Assembly (NCBI GenBank): GCA_030704615.1
Contig: JAKLZA010000271.1
Location: 1 to 10,415, forward strand
Origin: Takakia lepidozioides
Lineage: Eukaryota > Plantae > Bryophyta
DNA length: 10,415 nt
Reading direction: 5' to 3'
Below are positions 1 to 8,347 of this stretch, piece after piece (the first letter of the stretch is position 1; every line of letters begins with the position of its first letter). Under the pieces are notes generated by a model. The model was not told the origin of the DNA, made no database searches, and was given only the letters and a program-made list of their open reading frames with translations. The position numbers were made by a program, and so were the translations under genes.

Positions 1-300
1 GTGCTTCCGTTCACGTACTATAATCGTGTACCCTCGGGACGAAGTCGTAGTGCGGCCCCTGACAATACTTGCTATCTCCTTGGTCTTGGTATAAATGAGT
101 CCATGTACAACCTGGAAAGCAACCAATTCCCTCAACATGGTACCTGCCTCGTGCCAGTATTGTGCAAAGTAATGATCTTCAATATGTCGATTGTTTGGAA
201 GAACTTTAGTCCTAGTTGCCACTGGCAGCCAAATACGCATGATTTGGTAGTAATGTGCGAATGACTGCGGAGGACTAAATTCTTTCCAAGCCAAATCCAA
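1..300 (-). CDS. Uncalled open frame running off the window edge; probable C-terminal continuation of the extra ORF
   Basis: This minus frame has no stop from 426 to 1. 300..1 reads LDLAWKEFSPPQSFAHYYQIMRIWLPVATRTKVLPNNRHIEDHYFAQYWHEAGTMLRELVAFQVVHGLIYTKTKEIASIVRGRTTTSSRGYTIIVRERKH. Confidence 0.6.
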   Translation of the reverse strand, partial: MDLAWKEFSPPQSFAHYYQIMRIWLPVATRTKVLPNNRHIEDHYFAQYWHEAGTMLRELVAFQVVHGLIYTKTKEIASIVRGRTTTSSRGYTIIVRERKH

Positions 301-2989
301 CAAATGGCATAAGCATAGCCCTGCTGTACTCCCTTGCAGGTGGAGTTTTAGGTGGGTTAAAAGCGGCATTGCCCCATACCTCCGGCTGTGGTGGCTGTGG
401 TGTGGTTGTAGTAACCACAGGTTCAGCTACTGGTACACTGACCTGTTGTGGTGGTGGTGGTACTGGCTCCTGTATCATTGGCATCTCCTGCACCTCCTGT
501 GAAGACTGAAAAGCCAGAGTTCTGGCTTGCAAATAAGAAGCCATTAGCTGTTCCTGAGGGATATAGACTCTTTGGTCGATGTTGGAAGTGAGGTCTTCCA
601 CTTGAGTCTGGAGTCCGTCTACATCCTCTTGTAACTCTGCTATCCTACTATAGACATTGTCTATAGTAGTTGTGGCAATGTTCTGCACCTGCAGTCTGAG
701 CTCATTCATCTCGCTTTGGGTGAGCTTCCGTGGGCTTTTGCCCTCTACTGGCCCTTGTGCTAACCAGACCTGCATAAGGCTGTTATCCACCAAGCTGCTT
801 GTGGTTCCCCTGAGAGTTTGCTCCTCTCTTAGCTTGTACAATTCCAACTGCTGTTGTAAAGCCTCCATGCGCTTCGCCTGTGGCTCAACCAATTGCGCAT
901 AGGCAGCAAGTAGATTATTGGCTTCCTTCGAAGCCTTGTTACTGACCGCAATTTCATTTCTATTGGCCACGATGGTTTGTTGCAACTCCACGATGTGTTT
1001 CTCTTGATCAGCTTCCCTCTGTCTGTATTGCTTGAAAGTATCTTCATGGCGACAGATTGTATTCTTCATATCGACAATGAGCTTCATTTGCTCAACATTC
1101 TCTTCTTCTGCCTTCGTACATTTTTCCGCTTGACTGTTTATTTCTTTTGTTGATTGGTCAAGCATAGTTGTAAATGTAGCACATTGTATCGCCATCCTGT
1201 TATGCACTGTCTGCAACTCCGTATGTAGTGCATTCAGTTCTTGCAACTTGCTCTCATGCTGCACCTGCATTTGGTATAGCTGTTGCTTATGTGCTTCGTG
1301 CAACTGGTCTTACGCGAGGCCTGCCTCAATCAATTGTTGCTTGGCCAACTGCAAAGCCATTTCTGTATTGCCCAAGTCCTGCTTCATCTTGAGAGTGACC
1401 TCTTCATCGACCTTGTTTGCACACTCAGTGGCAAGTCGAGCCTCAAACTCCTTCCTGAGTTCCTCTTTCAAGGCTGTCAATTGGGTAATTGGAACATGGG
1501 ATTTGACATAAGTCCCCAACAAATTAAGTGTCCTGCCTATGGAACTCATCAGCATTGCCTGTTGAGGGTCATCATGGTGAGGTTGCTGCTGTTCCTCCTG
1601 ATCTTCAACAGTATGATGTCTCACTAACCATTCAGGCCATTGTCCCACCGGATTTTCTTCCTGAACTACTTCATCTATGACTGGTGTTACAGTGTCATGA
1701 CCTTCCGCCTGTGGTACCTCCGACACAGGTGTGTGCATTATATGCACCTCAGGATTTCCCTTGGGCAACTGTTGCACCTCTGGGATTTCTGTCTCCTTGA
1801 CCAGACCAGAATATTCATAGAGAAGGTCTCCTTTCTCTATTTCTGCCACTATCTGTTCTGTAGTTGGAATATCTATCCCTTCACTTTCCAAATCAATTAT
1901 TTCGGGTTGAGCTGCATGGATAACTTGTGACCTTGTGACAAGTCGTTCAAGTGGCTGTGTTGGCTGTGATGCAGAAGTAACTTCCTCCTCCCTCTCTGAA
2001 GGTCCTGCTTCCAGTAATAACATTCTTTTGTGCTGTTGTGCCCCTTCCTGGTCATGAGCTTGGGAAACATTATCATGCGGAATCCGTGAAGCCAGTGGAT
2101 CCGCCACTACAGTCTTTCCCCTTCTCTGCCTCTTAGTCTCGGGTTGTGCTGCTAGTCCACCCTCACTGTGTGAAGAGCCTTGCTCTTCCATTGCAGTTGT
2201 TTCTGGCTCAAACACTCCCATTTCCTTCCTTTCTTGTGCATTAAGTATGCCAGAATTAAGGATTATTTGAGCAATGATTGGGCCAGACACTATGATAGGA
2301 GACTTTGCGGTAGTACCTTGTAATCTTTTCATCTCCTCTACTAGTGCGTTGTACATTATGTCCGCCCATTGTACCTCTTGTCCCTTCAGGCCTTTGAGTA
2401 TTTCCTCTGTGAAGGATCTGCTCAAATATTGTTGGTTCTGTTTCAGGGCAATCAGAACGTTCAATACCTGGCCTATCTCTTTTAACCCTGGGTACACAGC
2501 TTTGGTACAAGCATAACCCTGAGTTTTAAAGAAACTCCCTTCTTGGAATAAGTCCCCTATTTGCAGTCTTGCCCTGTGTTCCCCCACATGCACCTGACCT
2601 GCTGGCAATTGAAACAATTGCTGGAGGTATAGGGGAGTAATCATTAATTCAACTCCCTTCACCGTTGTTGTTCCTGTCCTTGGCTCAAAGTTCTGCAAAA
2701 ATTGTAACATGTACTGTCTATGGTGTAGTGTCCAATCTAGGCTTTGCAATCCTTCCAATCTCAGCTCCTCCAGTATCTTTATCGCCTGTGGAGTAGCCAT
2801 CGTTTGTTTCTGCAGAATTGTGGTGCTCTTCACCCTGATTTCCTCCATTCCTCTCACTCTCTTCATCTTAGACTCACAGAACTGCTTTGGCTGTAACAAC
2901 TGCAGGAATGCCTGTAGTGCACAAAGCATAAACGTATGGTTGCCGCAGAAAGCTATGGGTAATCTCTTGTAAGCCTGCGGGGCTTGCAA
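275..2989 (-). CDS. Large extra ORF 3' of integrase (accessory protein of unknown function, at the env-like position), with one internal TAA at 1312-1310
   Basis: ORFs 1310..2989 and 275..1303 are in the same frame (...GCG TAA GAC CAG TTG CAC...), 905 codons in total. The called start is TTG; the first in-frame ATGs are at 2929 and 2866. The protein has an N-terminal globular region, an acidic disordered linker, a heptad-rich Q/E/L/K region (about 1485-580) and a Pro-rich linker. Confidence 0.85.
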
Positions 2990-2999
2990 GCATTGCTCA

Positions 3000-3535
3000 A
3001 AGAAAAGCTCTGCTCTGTCGTTTCGTGTCTATGCCACTGCGTAAGTAATATTGCGAGCATATAGTCTGTTAGTTCCTCCATAGTTTCCAAGTTATAGCAT
3101 TTATGGCCTGTCCTGTCGAGACGCCCGTTACTCAGAACGACGCCGCCTCTTGCGCTCAATTTCCCTCCATTTCTTGATCATTTCTCTGGTTTTCTATTGG
3201 CTGTATCTGCTGTGACTGGATTTTAACTTTTATCTTCTTTAGTGGACTTTCCCTGTTGGATAGTCCACTAGGATCACACATGCGACATGAATTCGGCTTT
3301 TCTGTACTTGCCGTTCGTTCCGTTTCCCTTTTTCCGTATTCATTAATGGGCCCGCCTTTCATCCCATTTGACGGCCGTTCTTGTCCTCTTTCTTTTTGAC
3401 ACCTGTCCTTGCACTTCATTCTCTGCTGTGTGTCGCACCCTGACCTCCACGTGTCTATTTTTAAATTAATTTCCGTTTCTTCTTCCTTCAGCCATTTTCC
3501 TGAAGTTTTTATGTGTCCACTTGTCACTGATTCTA
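3000..3535 (-). promoter_or_regulatory. Candidate internal regulatory region upstream of the extra ORF
   Basis: CpG-rich relative to pol; G-box CACGTG at 3448-3453 (minus GACACGTGG); site-II-like TAATGGGCCC at 3344-3353; weak TATA-like CATAAAT/CTATAA on the minus strand near 3091-3105. Confidence 0.35.
3240..3270. other. Inverted repeat / stem-loop
   Basis: TAGTGGACT (3240-3248) pairs perfectly with AGTCCACTA (3262-3270), followed by one mismatch, TCC/GGA and a 5-nt loop. Confidence 0.7.
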
Positions 3536-3553
3536 TGGATCGTGTAACTTTAG

Positions 3554-3735
3554 TAGGCTGTGTTGAGCTGTGACAGGCTGTGTCATACTGTGTTTCGCTG
3601 TGATAGGCTGTGATGCCCTGTGGTAAGCTGTGATAGGCTGTGATGCCTGTGGTAAGCTGTGATAGGCTGTGATGCGCTGTGGTAAGCTGTGATAGGCTGT
3701 GACACGCTGTGGTAGGCTGTGATAGGCTGTGTCAC
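3554..3735. repeat. Tandem array: 18 units of about 10 bp (core CTGTG) with a 30-bp higher-order repeat gctgtgatag-gctgtgatgc-gctgtggtaa
   Basis: CTGTG starts at 3558, 3568 ... 3638, then 3647 ... 3727, with one 9-bp unit near 3640-3647. About 4.5 higher-order copies lie in 3597-3731, and the left units are more diverged. Confidence 0.97.
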
Positions 3736-3877
3736 GTTTGTTTTGCCCACCCTGGTCATATATGCTGGGCCTAGCGACAAGTGTTCCATACTCCGTTCGT
3801 AACACTGGTGCAGCCCGTGACTGCTCTTGCGGTTCAACATGCAAATCATGCTGCAGGGGTTTGTCATGGATACCACT

Positions 3878-4960
3878 GTACCCTTCAACTTATTTGCATT
3901 CACTCTTCCCAGCATTTCTTTGTTAATGGTTTGTAACATGGCGGTGTTGTTATCATACATCTTTTGTATGACATAAGGTCCTTTCCACGGTGATTTGAGC
4001 TTAGAAGCTTGAATCTTTCCTTTCTTCTGCAACCATAGAACCAAATCCCCCGTCTTAAAAGTCTTTAATTTTCCTTCATCAAACTGTTCCTTTCGCTTCA
4101 TCTGAATTCTTGTCATATTATCAGCTGCATCAGCACGTACTTCTTCCACATGGTATAATTCATGTTTCCTGACCTTGATGGAGTCTTGCAATTCCATTCT
4201 TTTTCCCCACTCCGTTCTCATGGTAGGTAACAGAAATTCTACTGGAAGTAAGGCTTCCATACCATAAACTAATTGGAATGGTGTATACTTAGTGGTGACT
4301 TTATATGAAGTCCTGTATGACCACAAAGCTGTCAGCAGCTTTGTATCCCAATCCGTTCTGTTTGCATTGACTATCTTAGCCAAGATAGTACATAGTATTT
4401 TGTTGGTAGCCTCTGCCTGCCCATTACCCTGTGGGTAATATGTTGTACTCTTTCTATGCACAATCATAAACTCTTTAGTCAACAACTCAATGGTCTCATT
4501 CATGAAGTGACTTCCTTGATCACTGATAAATTCTAAGGGACATCCAAATCGTGTAAGTATGTTCTCGTACAGGAACCTTGCTATGGACTTGGCTGTGTTG
4601 TCCCTCAAAGCTTTAGCTTCCACCCACTTTGTAGTATAATCAGTGGCTGTAATTATGTACCTGTTTCGTGTATTCTTGGATGGTGGATTAATTGGTCCAA
4701 CAAAGTCTAGTCCCCATTTCTGAAATGGTTCCGTAGGCATTGTAGGATGCAAGGCCATTCTTCCAGATCTCTGCAAAGGTCCTAGCCTCTGACATTCATC
4801 ACACTTCTGACAATACTCATGTACATCTTTGAACAAAGTAGGCCACCAGTATCCTGCGAGTAGTATCTTTCTACTGGTAGTCTCTTCTCCAAATGACCTC
4901 CAGCCACTCCTTTATGAACTTCCTCCAAGACTTTATTTACTTCATGGTGGTACAAGCATC
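3878..4960 (-). CDS. pol: Integrase: HHCC zinc finger, DDE core, GPY/F C-terminal module (-1 break near 4892)
   Basis: VHKGVAGGH[F]...GYWWPTLFKD...CDECQR; WGLDFVGP; ISDQGSHF; YYPQGNGQAEATNK; FKTGDLVL; KLKSPWKGPYVI; RVNANKLK. Confidence 0.97.
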
Positions 4961-5204
4961 GTTTTAGTACTCCATCAGGTCCTAACTTATACATTCTGCT
5001 TCCTACCATAGTATAAGGTAAAGCTTTGATAGCAATTCTCTTCCTCTGCTCCTTACCATAACTAGGTGGGCACTGACCATGAGCAAGGTAGTATCTGATT
5101 GGCCACTGCCAATCTAACCATTCATCTGCACTTCCTTGCACCTCCATTACAAATAAACTCGCATCAGGTAACTGATCGTCCACTCCTGTGGCGGCCTCTC
5201 CTGT

Positions 5205-5575
5205 TGTTAGTCGTGACAAATGATCTGCCACAAGATGCAAACGGCCAGGCTTGTAAATAACCTCAAACTCAAACTCATGCAAGATTATTAACCACCTCGC
5301 TATCCTTCCACTTATCAAAGGTTTGTTCACCAGATATATCAGAGCCTGGTGATCCACATAAAACATAAACTTTCTTCCCAATAGGTAATGCCTGAATTTC
5401 TTGACTGCATAAATCATTGCCAATGCTTCTCTTTCCGTTGTACTATAGTTCCTCTCAGCACTGTCATCAATCGGCTAGCATAGTACACAGGTGAATCTAT
5501 ATTCCCTGTAACATTCTGGGCTAACACCGCACCCAACGCTTCTCCTGATGCATCGCAGTGTACATGAAATACTAC
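5205..5575 (-). CDS. pol: RNase H domain (split over ORFs 5414..5695 and 4782..5423 by a -1 break near 5464)
   Basis: FHVHCDASGEALGAVL, YYASR, reconstructed ERNYSTTEREALAMIYAVKKFRHYL, YVDHQAL and VADHLSRL. The D-E-D-D catalytic set is present. Confidence 0.95.
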
Positions 5576-5599
5576 ATACCAGTGAGGGTTAATCAGCAC

Positions 5600-6639
5600 A
5601 GGTGTAGTTGTTACTGACAGTGTAAGTTCCTCAAACGCCTGTTGACATTCAGCTGTCTTGGCAAACACTGCATCTTTCTTCAGAAGCTTGCTCAATGGTG
5701 CTGCTATTTGTGCATACCTTTTGACAAATCTTCTGTAATAACTGGTTTGCCCAAGGAATCTCCTTAACTCTTAACATTCACTGGTGGTGGAGAGACTTTA
5801 ATGGACTCTGTCTTCCTGGGATCCACAAGAAGTCCCTTCTTACACACAATGTGTCCCAGAAGCACCCCTGAGTTCACACAGAAAGTACACTTCTCTGGAT
5901 TCAAGCCCAGACCTCTCATCCTGCATCTGGCCAGGCATAACTCCAATTTATGCAAGTGCTCATTCTTAGAGCTGTACACACTGAAATCATCCAAAAACAC
6001 CTGCATGAAATCATCCAGATACTCATGAAAAGATTCACTTATCACTCTCTGAAAGGTCGCTGGTGCATTACAAAGTCCAAAGGGCATGACTTTGTATGCA
6101 TAAGCCCCCCAGTCTGTGATGAAAGCTGTTTTCCCTTGGTCTTCTTCTGCCACTTGCACTTGATTATAACCACTGAAGCCATCCATGAATGAGTACATCT
6201 CATGGCCTGCCACAGTGTCTAATACTGCTTCTGTGAATGGCAAAGGGAAAGGATCTTTCTTCGTACAAGCATTCAGCTTCTTATAGTTCACACATACTCT
6301 TAGCTTGCCATTCTTCTTTGGAACTATAACAATGGGTGACAACCAAGTTGTATACTCTATTGGGTATATAAACTTAGCCTCAGCCAACTTCTTTATCTCT
6401 TCTCCAACCTTCTGTGCGTAGTTGGGATTCATTCTATACCTCGCCTGCTTGATTGGTACTGACCCTGGTTCCAGTTCAATCTTATGCTGACAGACTTCAG
6501 GTGGTATCCCTTTTAGATCCTCATAGCTCCAAGCAAATACATCTCTGTATTTGATGAACAAGCTTTTAGCTTCTTCGAAGAATTCCGGCTCCAAATCAGC
6601 TCCTACTTTCACCATTCTCGGTTCCTCCTGAGTTCCCAC
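5600..6639 (-). CDS. pol: Reverse transcriptase (ORF 5764..6639, continuing after a -1 break near 5770 into the thumb/connection region)
   Basis: WLSPIVIVPKKNGKLRVCVNYKKLN, FMDGFSGYNQV, MPFGLCNAPATFQR, VFLDDF and LLGHIV; after the shift, ELRRFLGQTSYYRRFVKRYAQIAAPLSKLLKK. Confidence 0.97.
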
Positions 6640-7039
6640 ATTTACTTTCTCTCACCTGCTCATCAGCTGTGATTGTCCAACCAGTCACCACTTCATCCTT
6701 TAAGCTCACAGTGGCTGGTTCTTCTAGGATTTCTATCTCTCCCTCCTTTCTTCATAGAAATGTGGTGGGTAACTGCTGGTTTCCTCTTCAATTGGTGTTG
6801 CCGACACTACACCACAACAGATACCTCTTAAACAACTTAGGCTTTCCAGCCGCATCTCCGCAACCTGCTCCCACTCTGGGTGTGCAGCAAATAGGGTAGC
6901 TTCCTGCTCCTCATCCAGTCCTCCTCTCCAGTCATACTCTCTGACTCCTCGAGGTCTTCTTGTAGCAGGTAATCTACTAGATTTCTTTGTGGTAATTTGT
7001 ATCTCGTGCATTCCATTATGCACAGTTAGTAACTGAGAA

Positions 7040-7370
7040 TTCCAGTCATGGAATACCCTGGCCTGTTTCAGCCACGGACGTCCCAATAATAAGGAGTAAG
7101 CCTCCATGACTTCATCCATTTTAATACAGTTACTGTGATCATAAAGATCATTTTCTGTATCTGTATCTTAACTCCTCTTATTAATCCCAATGGCTGTACA
7201 CTTCTTTGATCTGCCATTGTTACTGTAAATGGGGCTGGTTTCATGTTACTTAACCAAGCTTCTTCCTTAATTGGTCTGTCATGATATTTACTCCAGAACC
7301 ACCATCTATCAGTACATCAGTTAGTTCTGCTTCCAATTCTCAATTGGATTACTGGCATAGAATCATCAAA
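7040..7370 (-). pseudogene. pol: Retropepsin aspartic protease domain of pol (frameshifted as sequenced)
   Basis: DVLIDGGSGVNIM (DGG at 7306-7298), KPAPFTVTMADQRSVQPLGLIRGVKIQI, and the C-terminal YSLLLGRPWL in ORF 6733..7119. Confidence 0.9.
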
Positions 7371-7929
7371 GTCCATGACTGGTTCTCGCCCTTCCGGCTT
7401 CACATTATAACTGGTCACCTTGCTGTTCAGGTCTGTGTTTCCTGTCTCTTGGGCAATTCGATTGATTGCCTGATACAGCCTGTGCCTACAATAAGGTGCC
7501 ACAGCTAATAGCTGTCCAATGGTAATTTTCTGCTTTGGTCTGACATATTACTGCAGCCAAAGTCTCTTCATTACTTTGCATGTCTGCATCTTTTTTTTTC
7601 CTTTCTTCCTCACTCCCTTCTTTTTCTCCATCCGAATCAGAGGAATCTGCCACAGGAATATCATTACTCTTTTGCATTTCCCTTATAGTATCTGCCACTT
7701 CCTTGTGCAGTTCCTTCTCATCTTTCCAAGTCTCTTCATCTTCAGGCATATCATTGCCACTTCCATTCTCATCTTCTCCTCTTCTACTGGGGTATTAGTT
7801 TGGCTTTACTTCTTTTACTATCATTGTACTTACTTCTGGTACAACACATGGCCTAACCATGTGAGCTGCCAACCACTGGGCCCTCATTCACAGAGCTCTC
7901 ATCTCATTCTGGTGTCTTATCCAGAATGA

Positions 7930-7971
7930 ACAGGCTGCCTTGCGATGTCCTGGCTGATTACAATAGTAACA
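7930..7971 (-). other. Zinc knuckle 3 (CX2CX4HX4C)
   Basis: Minus-strand translation CYYCNQPGHRKAAC, in a frame not listed in the ORF track. Confidence 0.9.
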
Positions 7972-8040
7972 TAGCTCTTCACCATTGGGTCCTCGCCCTT
8001 GGTCTGTTCTTGGATTATTTCTATAATCCTGATTCCCGGG

Positions 8041-8112
8041 CTGGTAATTCCCCCTTGGATTACCCTGGTAGTTGCCTCTGGAATTTCCTTGGTAATTCCC
8101 TCTTGAATACCT
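8041..8112 (-). repeat. Three degenerate 24-bp tandem units in gag encoding (S/P)RGNYQ(GN/PG)
   Basis: Plus-strand units ctggtaattcccccttggattacc / ctggtagttgcctctggaatttcc / ttggtaattccctcttgaatacct translate on the minus strand as SRGNYQGN SRGNYQGN PRGNYQPG. Confidence 0.85.
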
Positions 8113-8245
8113 CTCCCTTCCATGCCATTGTTATAACCACCAGACTTACCATAGTGTCCTGATCATTATTTCTTCTTGGCTGGGGCTGCACCTGATGCAC
8201 CCTTACTTGCCTAGGTTCTCTTGCAGCTGTCCTTCTGTTGTAGTA

Positions 8246-8285
8246 ACAATTCTCAGTGAATGGTATCCATTTTACAGATAGTACA
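8246..8285 (-). other. Zinc knuckle 2 (frameshifted)
   Basis: TGT ACT ATC TGT AAA ATG GAT ACC [attc] ACT GAG AAT TGT is 40 nt instead of 42. Restoring two bases gives CTICKMDTHxTENC. Confidence 0.7.
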
Positions 8286-8305
8286 GTGTTTCTCTCCTTC
8301 ATGTG

Positions 8306-8347
8306 GCATTCTGTGGTGGTATGGCCTTCATTCTGGCACTTTGCACA
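8306..8347 (-). other. Zinc knuckle 1 (CX2CX4HX4C)
   Basis: CAKCQNEGHTTTEC in ORF 8060..8365. Confidence 0.9.

Noticed and set aside
275-2989. True envelope glycoprotein, or a host SMC/myosin-like gene
   Set aside because: No signal peptide or long hydrophobic segment is seen, and there are no Walker motifs or motor domain. The coiled-coil resemblance is generic.
3160-3335. Purine-rich minus-strand tracts as a PPT
   Set aside because: The tracts are interrupted, are not followed by an identifiable LTR start, and coding sequence continues downstream.
3156-3527. 123-aa minus-strand ORF in the spacer (and 2953..3159)
   Set aside because: Non-ATG starts, low-complexity purine-driven composition and no motif. 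Not supported as genes, although not strictly excluded.
3554-3735. CRISPR-like array next to a reverse transcriptase
   Set aside because: Units are 10/30-bp tandem repeats without unique spacers, there are no cas genes, and the context is a eukaryotic retrotransposon.
3533-3880. Chromodomain after integrase
   Set aside because: No chromodomain pattern (e.g. YLVKW.G) is seen after the GPY/F module.
5764-6639. Bacterial RT system (retron, DGR, group II intron) or caulimovirid endogenous virus
   Set aside because: The RT is embedded in PR-RT-RH-INT with a DDE/GPY-F integrase, which those elements lack.
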